A stretch of 64,000 nt of DNA from Eledone cirrhosa (taxonomy: Eukaryota), in NCBI GenBank assembly GCA_964016885.1, contig OZ024746.1, positions 97,402,001-97,466,000 on the forward strand, given 5' to 3'. The translations under genes were made by a program, and so were the position numbers. Below are positions 25,200 through 39,379 of the stretch, one piece after another. The stretch's first letter is position 1; every line of letters begins with the position of its first letter. The notes under the pieces are model-generated. The model did not search any database. It was given only the letters and a program-made list of their open reading frames with translations, and had not been told where the DNA came from.

Positions 25200-25520
25200 G
25201 CTAACATTGCAATCCCCAAAACAAGAATGTACCTTTTGCTCTACAGTCTGTAACCATCCTCACCATCTTTTATTTCCTCCATCATTTTTGGCCATGTTTT
25301 TTTGTTCTCCCATTTCTGCTACTTTCTTCCATATTCATTTCCATCATTCCTTTCACCTAGTCACTTTCATCCTTCCTCAACACATGACCCAACCATCTCA
25401 TTCCATTTCTCTTCACAACATTCACCACTGGCTCTATTCTTCTCACCCAGTCACTTTTATCCTTCCTCAACACATGACTCAACCATCTCATTCCATTTCT
25501 CTTCACAACATTCATCCATA
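25200..25520 (-). mobile_element. Degenerate RTE fragment with a 90-bp duplication
   Basis: Reverse complement encodes RNGMRWLGHVLRKDE in one copy and the near-identical RNGMRWLSHVLRKDK in the other. Confidence 0.6.
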
Positions 25521-26547
25521 TCTAACCAAGAAAGATATACCTTAATATCTGATTTGATTTTTAAAATGTCTTGTACATGTAAACATAATTTATATAGTAA
25601 ATATGATTTATAAAAGAAATAAAATCAATCAGTATTAGCCAGGGTAGAAAATGAGAGATGTTCACAATTTATTAAACACTACATAAAATAATGGTGATGT
25701 TTTCCTCTAAATAGGTTTGAGGCAAAGCCAAGGAACTCACTGCCACTGCCTATAGATATGCCTATATTTCAAAGGATATGCCTATATTTCAAAATCTAAT
25801 CTACCAATGGTTTGGTTTCTTACCTAAGAAACATATTTTAATCTTTAAAAAAGGTAGCAGAAATAAGTAGTAAGGATATCTAATAAGCTGTGGTTTCAGA
25901 ATATCAAAGATTCTAATTTATCTAAACTCCTACTTCAACATTTTTAAGATTAGAAATATTATTTGATTTTTTTCTTATTTTTTTCATTCTGTACATCGTA
26001 GCTGTATTCTGATACGTGTTTTATATCAAGAGAAAGAGCTATAGTTGTACAGTACAAGTGTTTCATCCATCATCATTACCATTTATACATTTTCTCTGAT
26101 TCAGCAACTTTATTGTTAGTATTACAGTTAAAAGGAATTTCTTGGAAATTTTCAATCAGATTAAGAAATCATATATCAGAAAATAACTACATAAATTTAG
26201 AAACATGTATAGTTAATAGAATTACTAGGCTAAGGATTATTATCTACATCAGTATGTATCAGATTAGAAATGAAAAAATAGAAGTAATATATGTTGATGT
26301 GCTATGAGAAGTGCTGTCTTATTTTCTGTTTAGAGTTATTTGCTACAAAGAAAATAAATTTCTTCATTCAATGGCTTTACCTGAAATGTTAGTCTGTTTT
26401 ATATATGGCATCATCTCTATTTTTAGTTGAAGTAGTTAATCGTAAGAGTAGTATAAAGTACTAATGTGATAATGGAGAATGAAGTAAATTTAATGTACTA
26501 TTCAGAACTGAATGTTTACAACTGATATAAAGAGTGGCCACCACAGT

Positions 26548-26677
26548 CAGGACCTATGAGAAGAGGGTCCAGTCGGTACTTTGTTCCGGGACTCAAGAGC
26601 TAAGAAGGCCCCACAGCAACCATACAACGTCCAAAGTGGTCTTGTACTGTCTTGCAAAACTTCTCTTGGTGACCCTG
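26548..26677. mobile_element. Short hAT-type MITE
   Basis: CAGG...CCCTG termini; 8-bp TSD ACCACAGT/GCCACAGT. Confidence 0.65.
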
Positions 26678-26765
26678 GCCACAGTACACAGTGCTTAGAA
26701 GATTAGTTAAACATGATTAATGGAGTTGTTTTAAGCTGTTTCAATATTCTTTCTCCGAATATTAT

Positions 26766-27494
26766 GGTTTAGCATTTAAACCAGCCATATCCAGACAGAA
26801 TTCTCTCACCTCTTTCTGTTCAAACCAGCTGTAACTGGTCACTCATACTTATGTTGAGGTATTGTTCTCAAAATAGATAATATAAAAATCTCGTAGTTCG
26901 ATATTATATGAGATAATTATGTGAGGTAAAGCCTTTACCATGAAAATACAATAGTAAATATAGAGTAATGTAAATGATAATGGGTTAACCCTTTTGTTAC
27001 TATATTTCTAATGAAGGACACTGCTTATAATTTTCAAATCATTTTGAAAATCATCAGGAGATTTGAGGGTTTTAGTAGTATAACTAACTGTCTTTTTATT
27101 AATATGGTTGTTTGGAACATAACTTAACAAAGGAAGGTATTTAGAAAAATATATACACTTTAAAATAGTATGCCTTACTGTAAAATAGTCATGTAGGTGA
27201 CACAACAAAAAGCACCCAGTCCACACTGTAAAGGGGTCGTGTAGGCGCCACGGTAAAAAAGCACCCAGTACTCACTGTAAATGAGGTTGGTGTTAGGAAG
27301 GGCATCCAGCTGTAGAAATCAAGCCAACTCAGTTCCATATGAGCAAGACATGGTCATCTGACCTGTCATTGCCCACAACAGGGCAACCCATCTGACCCAT
27401 GCTAGCATGGAAGAATGGACGTAAAACAGTGATGATGAGTTCCCTATCATAGAACCAGGTAAAGTTTCAGGTAGTATTGTATCAAAAAGGTTAA
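26766..27494 (+). mobile_element. MITE A abutting MITE B at a shared TTAA; MITE B interrupted by a SINE tail (27190-27437)
   Basis: ...TGGG TTAA CCCTTTTG... junction near 26985; end GTATCAAAAAGG TTAA. Confidence 0.75.
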
Positions 27495-28158
27495 AAACAT
27501 TTTCTTAAACTCTACAACCAACATCACTGTTATCATCAATACAAACACTTTTACCATTAAATATCTCTGAAACGTGTTCTAATACAAAATCTCACATATG
27601 AAATATTGATTTCTGATTACTAGGCAGAAAGCCAAATTTTGATGGAGAAAGGTATTACCAATTGAATTGAACTGTTATATTATATTACATTTATTTCACT
27701 GACTTTCAAGAGGCAAGAGAAAAAGTTGTCACAGGAAAGATATAAATTTGGGAAAAAATGGTTGAAACTAAATAATTCTGATTGCCAACAGTCCCTGGTT
27801 CTACAATATAATAGCATTCACTTTAAAGAGTTCATATTTAAATTTCCATCAAAACTTCCAGTATGATTTTATGGAAGAACTTTTTCTTAAGTAATATTTC
27901 AAACATTGGCTTGATGAAAAAAGTTTAACTATATTACTAACTCTTTCCAAATTCTTAATTATTTTCGAAATAAACTTGCAATTATTGGCAATGTTTTTCA
28001 TTAGAATTGTGGTAATGAAAGGGTTAATCTGATGTTTTATTAAGAAGAGAACAGATATGCAAGTAATGAGAGTATCAGAGAACCAGAAAGAAACCTCTGA
28101 TAGTCACCCTGCTCCTAGTATTGAATTGTGGATCTATGTCTATGACTAAGATATTTAA

Positions 28159-28366
28159 CCCTTTAGCATTTAAACTGGCCATATCTGACCAGAATTCTCT
28201 CACCTCTTTCTGTTCAAACCGGCCATAACTGGCTATTCATACTGATGTTAAGGTATTGTTCTCAAAATAAATAACATCAACATCTCATAGATCTGATATT
28301 ATGTGAGGTAAAGCCTTTACTGCAAAAATACAATAGTAAATATAGAGTAATGTAAATGTTAAAGAG
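28159..28366 (+). mobile_element. piggyBac-type MITE family A
   Basis: TTAA|CCCTTTAGCATTTA start. Confidence 0.85.
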
Positions 28367-28569
28367 CTAAACTTCAAACCATTGGCCTAATTCTAAGCAA
28401 GTACTACTGATAGTTTAATTCATCACTTAACTATGGCATCACTGCAGACATTTGTTTATCAAGCACAGGGTTTGGGGTTGACCGATGATTACTAATTCTA
28501 TTTCATGAGGAAGTAAGGATGCCTGGATTGTGGCGTGGTAAATAAATTATATATATATATATACACATC

Positions 28570-29191
28570 AGGTCCGAACACAATGGAACCAAACTCCCAC
28601 TGTCATTGCCTCCATCTCACTCGCTCTCCCCATCTCCCACTATCATAAGCAAATGAGGGCCCATGTGCTGGTTGCCCCATGGTTCCATCAGACAGAATAG
28701 AAAAGGTGTTTCCTCGGAGGATGGTGTGTGAGATGCACCGGAAGAGTCATTCCAGCTCACAAGGCTCACACCTGTGGGTAGCCAACTCTGTGCTGATGGT
28801 GGTGAATAGGGAGGTGGTACTAAGGCCAAGGACAAGCAGATGTCTCCACTACTACGGGGTATTGATGGTGGTGAATAGGGAGGTGGTACTAAGGCCAAGG
28901 ACAAGCAGATGTCTCCACTACTACGGGGTGTTGATGGTGGTGAGTAGGGAGGTGGTACTAAGGCCAAGGACAAGCAGATGTCTCCACTACTACGGGGTGT
29001 TGATGGTGGTGAGTAGGGAGGTGGTTCTAGTGCCAAGGACAAGGAGATGTCTCCACTGCTACGGGGTGCTGATGGTGCTGAGTAGGAAGGTGGTACTAGG
29101 GCCAAGGATACCAGAAGTCTCTGCTGCTATGGGGCAGCCAATGGTGGTGAGTAGGGAAGTGGTTCGAATGCCAAGGACACCAGAAATCTCC
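28570..29191 (-). mobile_element. CRE retrotransposon 3' fragment with six 69-bp tandem units (28794-29191)
   Basis: Homologous to 5770-6060; reverse complement encodes VETS..LG..TTSLFTTI..LFRCISHTILRGN. Confidence 0.85.
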
Positions 29192-30269
29192 AGAATTGAT
29201 AAGTATTTTGTTAACCCGGCAGAGTTGTTACAGTATTGGATTAAAAAATATTTTGCAACATTTTTTCCTGATCTCTGTGCTCTGAGTTCAAATCTTGTTG
29301 ATATAAACATGCTTTTCACCTTTTTAAGGTCAGTGATGATTACAAAAGAATGTATCAGGGGAAGGGAAGCTGTGCTGAGGTAGATTCATACATCTCATAT
29401 AAGCATGGAAAGATGTACATAAACATGATGATGATGAGTTAGCTTGCCGAAGTAGATTCATCTATCCCATACAAGCATGGAAAGATGGAGATAAACATCA
29501 TGATGATGAGTTAGCTAATGGCAAAAGATGTATTTGGCAAAATATCTTGGCCAATAACAGAAAGTGGTGTTAGCAACCAGATACAAACCATTGGTGCCTT
29601 TATAGATGTCAGATATATTATCAAGTGGTTCATCTGTCTACATTATTACAATATGTTTTCTCTTCTAAATCCTCTTCTAGCATATACCATACGACTTTAA
29701 TCTTCCTTTCACCATAAAAGGTAACAAGAGACTCTATGCAAATGCATAACCTGTGAGAAATAGCAGTCAAATCTACCTTAAATCACACCTTACCATTTTA
29801 AATAAAGAAAGCTACATTAGATAATATAGTCCTTGATATAAAACAAGTTTAATCTACTTTCAAATTACAAAGTAACAGTGAACTACCTGCTAGAACTAGC
29901 AGCCAAATCTACTTCAAATTACACTATACCATCTTAAATTAAAAAAAATCTACACTAGTTAATATAGTCCTTGACATACAGAAAGACAAGGATTTATCTT
30001 AGCTGGAATGCCTTTGATCAAAGCTTTCCTTGATCAAGTCTGACACGGGACTAAACAATAATTTATCATCAAAGGACTCTATGTAATCTCTTGGTGTATT
30101 TGTAATCTACCTTAAATTATACCATATCACTTTGAACAAGAAGGTTACCCTGGATTATCTAGTCCCTGATTATCAAAAACAACAACAAAAAAACAAAGAA
30201 AGCATTGATCATATCTGGATTGTCTTCTCGTGGTTTTTCTTAACTAAAGCTGACCTGGGGTTAAACAAC

Positions 30270-30845
30270 AACACATCAGTCTGGAACCCCTATCTTGCTC
30301 AAAACATTGACCTGGAAACTGTTCAGAGACGTGCAACCAAGCGCATACACTCCATCAGGTATCTACCATACTCTGAACGCCTTGCTTCCCTGGGCATGGA
30401 TACATTGAAGCTCCGACGTCTGGCAACTGACTTGGTAAACACCCACAAAATTATTAACCATCTTGCCAATAACAACCCTGAGCACCTTTTTGATATCCAT
30501 GTGTCTAACCCGTGGGCATACCTACAAAATCTGAAAACAGCACAGATCCCATGACTCTTGGAAACATTTTTTCATGCTCAGAGTTGCTGAAGCATGGAAC
30601 AAACTACCTGCATCAGTTGTTAGCTGTAAGAACACAGCACCCTTTAAAACCTTCATGCTTCCTGAAATTCACCAACACTACACTTAATATCCCCTCTCCA
30701 TACACACACATATATATCATGACTCATACACTGTTCACTTTCCTGACATTTGTACATTATTCTATATATTATACATGCACCTTTGATTAGTTGTAGTGCA
30801 ACTGAGCACTGTACAAAATAATTTCATTATTATTTTATTATTAAC
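30270..30845 (+). mobile_element. CR1/L2-group LINE 3' fragment
   Basis: SVWNPY..LETVQRRATKRI..YSERLASLG..TLKLRRL..DL; ..FF..RVAEAWNKLP; (ATT)n tail. Confidence 0.9.
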
Positions 30846-31439
30846 AACAAGCATCCATCATATATCCAATGCTAAACACCAGCATATTTCTGACTATTAC
30901 TGGGGAAGTTGAAGTTTTACAGGTAACAGTAACACTTCATCACAATAGCAAATGTAAAAGTAATGATAACACATTAACAAAGGGTGTTTTGGTTTTTACA
31001 GCTAATAACATAATCAAAATACACGAATATTACAGAAAATTCTGCCTTTGGCCCATTGCACTCATGTTTCTATCCCTCATATTATTTTGGATTCTATATA
31101 AAAAGGAGGGAAAAAATCAATAAATACGTCAGATTTTTTTTTCTTTTCAAGAAATATCAATACATTTATTAACTAGTGCAAAACTGTTGGCTAATTGTGA
31201 ATGTTGGAGAGAAAAACCAACAACAAAACAAATAAACAGAGATTTAACTCGGGAATTATGGGGGTATGCTTACCACAACTCCTTCACTGCAGAAATAATA
31301 TCTAATATTTCATTGAGGGAATGAAGAATATAGAATATGCTTTTTCAAAAGAGGGATATATTTATAAAGTATGCCCTTTAACAAACATGTATCTAAGAGA
31401 AAGTATTTTTAAAAATATGCCTATATGCGCAAACAATTT

Positions 31440-31461
31440 GCATATATATTTATATATACAC

Positions 31462-31495
<34 letters not shown>

Positions 31496-31846
31496 GTGTG
31501 TGTCTGCATACATATATATACATACATATATATATGCATACATATATACATACGTACATATATATGCATATATACATATATATATACATACATATATACA
31601 TTTATATATATACATACATGTATACATACATACATGTATACATATACACATGCATACATATATATACATATATATATATATAAATATGTATGTGTGTGTA
31701 TATGTATATATATATATATATATATATACACCCTTGCAAGCAGGGAAAAGCGGACGTAAAATGATGATGATGATGATGATATATGTATATAACCCATGGT
31801 AGCGTGGAAAGTGGACGTTAAACGAGGATGATGATGATATATATAC

Positions 31847-31889
<43 letters not shown>

Positions 31890-31910
31890 TATATACATAT
31901 ATATATATAT

Positions 31911-31972
<62 letters not shown>

Positions 31973-31995
31973 GTGTGTGTGTGTGTATATATATA
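31440..31995. repeat. (TA/CA/TG)n microsatellite containing two tiny RTE/SINE tail stubs
   Basis: Stubs at 31730-31780 and 31793-31837. Confidence 0.9.
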
Positions 31996-32289
31996 AGCAG
32001 GTATGTAATTGAAAGGCTGCGACCATGTGAAAGGTGTCGTATGATTTAAGATAGAAGGTAACAAAGCTATATTTATATAGCAGAATTGAATCCTCTACCC
32101 ACACAATATCGTTTCTCTCCACTATTAATGAGCACTCTCTTTTCCTTTTTGGCTGACATCTTAATGATGCTGGCTTAATTAAAGCATTGAGTGAGTGACA
32201 GAGCAGTCGGAAATGCACAGCTTCTTCTGATGACGTCGTTTCAATAATATATATGTATAACGGACGTAAAACGGTGATGATGATGATAT

Positions 32290-32554
32290 GATTCCAGTTC
32301 CTCAGAAGAACAACAACACAACCAGGAGCTGGACATATCGATGTATTGATGGAATAAGTAAGACACACTTCAACAACATGTGTACCTGTCTTTCCCACAC
32401 CAATTCGGACTGCCTGAAGCGATGACAGGCGACAGGCAATGATGGCTGTCACCGAAATATATATATTATAATATTATTATATAATATTATTATATATTAT
32501 AATATTATAATTTATAATAAACGAAGCCAAATTTTACATATTTGACTTAATTAT

Positions 32555-32639
<85 letters not shown>

Positions 32640-32972
32640 TATATATTTATTTATATATATATCATCATCATCATCATCATCATCATTTTACGTCCGCTTT
32701 TCCCTGCTTGCAAGGGTGGGACGGTAACTGATTCTGGCTTGATTTCTACAGCTGGATGCCCTTCCTTAACACCAACCTCATTTACAGTGAGTGCTGGGTG
32801 CTTTTTTGCCGTGGCACCTCCACAACCACTTTATATATATATATAAAAAATAATTAAGTCAAATATGTAAAATTTTGCTAAGTTTATTATAAATTATAGA
32901 TATACTGCTATATATATTTCGTATATCTATAATTTATAATAATGAAGCCAAATTTTACATATTTGACTTAAT

Positions 32973-33003
<31 letters not shown>

Positions 33004-33280
33004 ACGGAGGAAATGTGGTAAGGAACCAGGTGGACCATAACGCACCGTCGAAACGGCTTGAGCTCAGCCGTCGGGGTCCTACTCGTTCCTATATATATAT
33101 ATATATAAAATAATTAAATCAAATATGTAAAATTTGGCTTCATTTATTATAAATTATAGATATACTGCTATATATATTTCGGTGACAGCCATCATTGCCT
33201 GTGACCTCTTCAGGCAGTCCGAATTGGTGTGGGAAAGACAGGTACACTGTTTTACTCCGTCAATACATCGATTTTTTCCA
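32290..33280. mobile_element. Cluster of four copies of one Penelope-like terminal-repeat family in (TA)n
   Basis: Copies at 32335-32555 (+), 32848-32910 (-), 32911-32978 (+) and 33108-33272 (-). Confidence 0.75.
33164..33218 (-). ncRNA. Minimal type-I hammerhead ribozyme
   Basis: Reverse complement: ACTGC CTGAAGA GGTCACAG-GCAATGATGG-CTGTCACC GAAA T ATAT A TA^ GCAGT. Confidence 0.85.
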
Positions 33281-33471
33281 TTATATATATATATATGTGT
33301 GTGTGTGTATGTATCTATATATGTGTATATGTATATGTTTATATGTATATATATATACATATATATGTGCGTGTGTGCGTGTGTATATATATATGCGTGT
33401 GGGCATATATATATATATGTGTGTGTATATATTTATGTGTGTGTGTGTGTATATATATGTGTGTATATATA

Positions 33472-33503
<32 letters not shown>

Positions 33504-34098
33504 GGATAATGTTTAAACCCGACAGCAGAGCTCAAGCCGTTTCGGTGGCTATTTCTGGACCCAGAGTTAATCATTTTCCTATTATCCACTCTACTACCCT
33601 AAGTATTAAGTACTCTGGTGCATTATGGTTCATCTGGCTCCTTACCACACTTCCTTCATTATATATATATACATATCAGAATTGAAAAGTGTTAGAAAGG
33701 AGAGAAAATAGGTTGTTAATGTAGAGAGAAAGAGTGGGGAAAGGGGGAAGATAAGAAAACCATAGATTTCTCCAGAATTATTAGTGTGTGACTAAAAGAG
33801 AAAGAGAGAGAGAGAGAAAGAGAAGAGAGACTGCATCCATGAGCAAACACTGCAATGAAGTTGTTTGAAAGGAACCTTTCAACCCAACAAATGAAAGATA
33901 TTGGGAATCTGTAGGTGATAGACTTAGTCAAGGTATTCTCTGCAGACCTTGGATGAAAGCTTTGTTGATGTCTTAGGAAAAAATATGCACTCATATGCTT
34001 TCATAAAATTTCTCAAGAAGATGAGAATGTTATTACTTAATGTACAAGATCATATCCCATGTATATATATATATATATATAAATAAATTAACTGATAT

Positions 34099-34451
34099 GG
34101 AGGCACATGGCTTAGTGGTTAGAGCATTAGCCTTGCAATCGAAAGGTTGTGAGTTTAATTCTCAGACCGGGTGATGTGTTGTTTCCTTGAGCAAGACACT
34201 TTATTTCACATTGCTCCAGTTTACTCAGCTGTAGAAATGAGATGATAGGGACTGGGGTCCATATCATTCCATTGCAAAGTGGTCGTGGAGGTGCCACGAC
34301 AAAAAAGCACCCAGCACTCACTATAAATGAGGTTGGTGTTAGGAAGGGCATCAAGCCAGAATCAGTTCCCGTCCCACCCTTGCAAGCAGGGAAAAAGCGG
34401 ATGTAAAATGAAATGATGATGATGATGATGATGAAATGATGAAATGATGAT
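34099..34451 (+). mobile_element. SINE family B, full length
   Basis: GGAGGCACATGGCTTAGTGGTTAGAGC head, CORE-like CCTTGAGCAAGACACTT, RTE-type tail. Confidence 0.92.
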
Positions 34452-34522
34452 AAGTCAACAAGTTAAAATTAAATTTGTTTATTCATAGTCGCTGTTGTAT
34501 ATTAACCAACACTCACTCGGAG

Positions 34523-34558
<36 letters not shown>

Positions 34559-34959
34559 ATGGTAAACATTGAGGACTGAATAAATTAACTGATATAAGAG
34601 ATACAGAAGCGAAAACCAACCAAACAGTGAGTGCGTTCTTTTATTAATTCTGGTAATATTATTACAACAATATGACCCTCCCCATATATATATATATATT
34701 TATATAAATATATAGTCAGCAATTTTGAAGAAATGGCTGACTGAATACAGGCATGCTTTTTCTCAAAATATTTTTCACATTCCTTCAATTTTCACTCTCT
34801 CTCATTCTATTTCATCTTTTATTTCTTATTCTATCTCCAGATGAAGGAATAGTATCCAAAACGCCAAGAAACTTTTCCTACTATATCAAGCGTTAAACTA
34901 ATATATCTTTTCCTTGTATTCTGTTGTTTGTTTTGTTGTTTCCATTTACTTTTTACATG

Positions 34960-35023
<64 letters not shown>

Positions 35024-35721
35024 CATATATATATATATATATATATATAACACACATACATATACCATTTATGTTGTATGGTTTTCCAATGCGTAGATCT
35101 GCTCGTTCTGGTTAGCAAATTATAGATGTAATAAGTTAAACCACTCAAAGTTATGCAAATCATCCATTGTAGATGTGGTATCCCATGGTTAGTGTAGGAA
35201 CGGAGTTAAATATTCATTTAAAAACGGCTCAAGGCTGGACAAGAAATATATTTTTTTAATGTTGCAAAAACACAATACATATTTCTATGGGCTGGTTACA
35301 TTATCAGATCATGACATAAGACTTTGGCAACATCATCAGGTGTAGATTGCAAAGATTAGGTAATCGATAACAGGATTACGGCAAATATAAACATTATATA
35401 TTAAAAGAGAGAGAATAGACTTGAGTTGAAGACTCTCTCATTTGGTGCTATTGTGACGAACTACCTCTGAATAGCACATGCTCAGCAATACTAAGCTTTG
35501 TAGATCAGTAGGCACAACCAAGGAAGGTGGGGGCTGCTTGGTCATGATAGAAATTCTGCTGTCCTCAGTTAATGCCATTAATCAGAGCCAACTATTTGCC
35601 ACTCAGACAGGTCATGGGTACTAAACACTTTCTAGCAGCAGACTTTGGTAAAAAACCATCATAGCATGACAATGAAAATTATAAAGTATGCAGGTAACAT
35701 AAAAGTATAAAGGATTATAGA

Positions 35722-36046
35722 ATTGAGAAACTAGGGGTAAATGTTATGGTAAATAACTTAAGAAACTAGAGGTAAATGTTATGGTAAATAAGTTAAGAAA
35801 CTAGAGGTAAATGTTATGGTAATTAACTTAAGAAACTGGAGGTAAATGTTATGGTAAATAAGTTAAGAAACTAGAGGTAAATGTTATGGTAAATAACTTA
35901 AGAAACTGGAGGTAAATATTATGGTAAATAAGTTAAGAAACTGGAGGTAAATATTATGGTAAATAAGTTAAGAAACTAGAGGTAAATATTATGGTAAATA
36001 AGTTAAGAAACTGGAGGTAAATATTATGGTAAATAAGTTAAGAAAA
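35722..36046. repeat. 35-bp minisatellite, about 9 copies
   Basis: TTAAGAAACTRGAGGTAAATRTTATGGTAAATAAG. Confidence 0.92.
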
Positions 36047-36454
36047 TGAATTAAGAAAAAATATATAGATTTTAAAGAGTTTTCAAAAGTATTAATAGTA
36101 TAAGGTTACGAAAAGTAGATAATTATGATTAATTAAAAGTAAATCATTAATTGATTAAAGGATAAGTAAACTTGTTTACACACGTGAGTGTTTGTATTAA
36201 GTAAGAAAGTTTTGGCATGGCCTTCCCATGAGATTGACATAACAGCCCTCATCATTTCTTCAAAATCCGAAAGAGGGTTCCAGTGACAGAGTATTCTTAA
36301 TAAACTGAAGAAAGGGGAAGTTTCTTGAAAACATAGTTTAATTAATTCCAAGTATAGAATTCAAAGTATAGAACCAAATCCCAGTGTCTTGCATGTAACT
36401 CAAAAGACAGCTATGTGGTCTTTTGGTGGTGTAACACATACCATATAAGGACAA

Positions 36455-36662
36455 TAATAATGGTTTCTGATGTAGGCACAAGGCCAATCATTTTGTGGGA
36501 AGGAGAAAGTAGATTAAATCATCCCCAATGCATTACTGGTACAATATTTTATTGAGGATGAATAGGCAAAGCCAACCTCAGTGGGATTTGAACTCAGAAT
36601 GTAAAACTATGCTGTGAAGCATGTTGTTCGATGCTCTACTGATTCTGCCAATTCACCACCCT
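36455..36662 (-). mobile_element. Diverged SINE family A
   Basis: GGGATTTGAACTCAG (B box, reverse) and GCCAATTCACCACC head. Confidence 0.75.
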
Positions 36663-36833
36663 TATTGATAAAGATAATAATGATTCAGATATATTATCCT
36701 TCATGGCATGATAGATCCTATGAGTACACAGGGGAAACTAGAATAACGAGACTCATCACTTAGCCATAATAAAAACTACTAATAAATTCTACTTCGGTAT
36801 TGAGTACTCATTTTCATGTCCATCAACAACATA

Positions 36834-36870
<37 letters not shown>

Positions 36871-37403
36871 CACACATACTTATTTGTCACTATGATAACA
36901 GTTTTTCTATCTTCTCTGCTATTAATATATAATTCATACCTATTTCAATAAAACCAGAGAAATTAGCCTCATATTAGCAGCCTGCTGTCATTAGATGATT
37001 GTACTAACAATATTTCTTTTCATAATCAAACATCTGCCAGTGTTGCATATTTCTCTAACGGTATGATATATGAAGCTAAACGTGTGTGAGTGTAGCAAAC
37101 GCGTGTTAATGACGCCACGAATAAGTCTGTTGAGAATAACTATTCAGAATGAAGTGGTTTAAGTACTCTGCAACTATTCTATACACACATCTCTTCATTA
37201 ATTATCTATTACCTATATAAATAAAAACTTTATACAATGATGTGACAAAATACATTTAGACAGAGTGCAATAAAGGGAATTATTACAACCTCCTATTAAC
37301 AACATCACTAGCCAGTTTCTAACATGTCCTTTTATCAACTGTTTCACTACATGAATAATTCTGCTTGCAGAATCAATTATGGTGTGAATGAAGTGATATT
37401 TAA

Positions 37404-37760
37404 CTATCATCTCATAAACCTGTTGGTTGGTATAAACAATACTACTCTCAGCTTTCTACAGTATAATAACTATTTAGAACTGATACTTTTGACACTTTAG
37501 AAAAAGAAAGAACAAAACTAGCACCCAGAACATTCCTATATACATCACATATTTCTGAATAAATCCATCTTTTTAGCAAATGCTATCATCTCATAAACCT
37601 GTTGTTTGATATAATCAATACTACTCTGAAATCCCTGTAGTGTAATAACAATAGCTTTTACACATTAGAAAAGAAAGAACAAGTCTAGCATTCAGAACAT
37701 TCCTTAGTCCATCAGAAATATTCCTGAATAAATCATTTTTTTAAAACCAATGATATCATA
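37404..37760. repeat. Diverged tandem duplication, two copies of about 179 bp
   Basis: CTATCATCTCATAAACCTGTTG at about 37404 and 37583. Confidence 0.8.
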
Positions 37761-37804
37761 AGCCTTGATTCCTTCTCTTAAAACATTTGATAACAAAATA
37801 TTCT

Positions 37805-37975
37805 ATAGGCACGGTCATGGTTATATGATTAAAGGGTTTGTTTTGTAACCATGTAGTTTCCAGTTCATCTCCACTGCATGGCACCTTGAGCAAATGTCTT
37901 CTAATATAGACTTAGGTTGATTAGTGCTTTGTAAGTGAAATTTTGTAGATGGAAGCTGTGTGGAAGACCGTCAAA
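37805..37975 (+). mobile_element. SINE family C (tRNA head + CORE-like GGCACCTTGAGCAA), degenerate
   Basis: Related copies at 50552-50880 and 50965-51095. Confidence 0.7.
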
Positions 37976-38039
37976 TATATGTGCATGTGTGCATCTATGA
38001 CTGTATTTATCTTTATTTTTTATTTCCCATAACTTAGCA

Positions 38040-38378
38040 GACATTTTTCAACACCTATCTGAGGTACATCTACAACATTAAATGGCCATAGCAGATCAGA
38101 AACAAAGATCTATGGGAGCAAGCGGGACAGGAAACTCAGCATCCAACACCACATGCCAAGCCCTGACCTGGAAACAGCAGAGTAAGAGGAAGAGAGACTG
38201 CCCTCGCAGCAGATGGAGTCATGACACTGAGGCTGAATTAAGAAAACTGGAAGACAACTGGAGTGGCCATGCGAGAGTAGCCCAGGATGGTGTACGATGA
38301 CATAGGGTCATCAATGGCAGAGGGTCGTCAATGGCCTATGCTCCACAGAGAGTGATGGAGCTGAGTGAATGAATGAAT
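38040..38378 (+). mobile_element. RTE-clade 3' fragment with (TGAA)n tail
   Basis: QALTWKQQSKRKRDCPRSRW...AQD motif. Confidence 0.7.
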
Positions 38379-39379
38379 AACTTAGCAGTTTAACAAAAAT
38401 AATTTTATACAATAAGTACCAGACTTCAAAAACATAAGTACTGTGGTCAATATGGCCAGAATTATCTTCAAAGTAAAGCCTCAATATAAACACAGTCTAA
38501 TGACTAACTTATAAAAGAGTAAAAATGTTTACTATTAATTGCGTAACTCTTTTGACTCTCATAATTAAGACGATTAAAGCAAGCATTGATGGTAGAATGT
38601 TGAATCTAATAATTTTATAGTATCAGGTTCAGTTCACTGTACCACAAAACCACAACTTTTGTAAAAGCATAAGTTATATATTGATTTCTTTGGACTAGGA
38701 ACAAGGCCAATTTTTTAGGAGAAGCATATTACTGGTGCATAATTTATTGGCTATAAACTAATGAAATGGAAAGTAAATCCCAGGTAGATTTGAACTAAGT
38801 AAATAGAAGGATGATGAGACAAAACACTGTAAGGTAATTTCAGACAACTTATTGATCTAGTATTACTAATATATTGAAATTACACCAACTTCCATTTAAC
38901 AATATGGTTATTTCACCTCAGTTATTTTAACTCTTTTGTAGATGAGATATAAATGTTGATAGTTGTTTCTGGGTATAACAATTTAACTAACACAAGAACA
39001 ATGAAGCAAACACCAAATAATATGCTGAGTCAGTGAAAACAGGGGTTCAATTAATTTATTCTTTCAAACTGTTACGTTAGATAAAGTCTTCATTGAAATC
39101 TGAGACAATGTTGATGTCGAATAAAGTTAAGAACAGATAAGATTCTTCATTAAAATTAGCTACAACAAATTAATATTGATTAGATGAGATTTCTTTGTTA
39201 GTAATCCCAGCGTGATAGTAATAATTTATCAACATACAAACACAAACTTTACTATTGAACACTTTAGAAATTATACTCAGAAAACAAAATAAAAATAAAA
39301 ATATCAGTTCAAGAATGCCAAAAGCTCTTAACTGAAGATTATAAAACAGAGACATCATATATCCTTCGAATATGGGTCA

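Noticed and set aside
31321-33685. Many Y/I/H/T/C-rich ORFs (also at 247-681, 24043-24446 and 45071-45707)
   Set aside because: Dinucleotide microsatellite translations
36133-36351. Possible minus-strand exon (TTTCTTCAG acceptor, open frame)
   Set aside because: No convincing donor and no recognisable protein similarity
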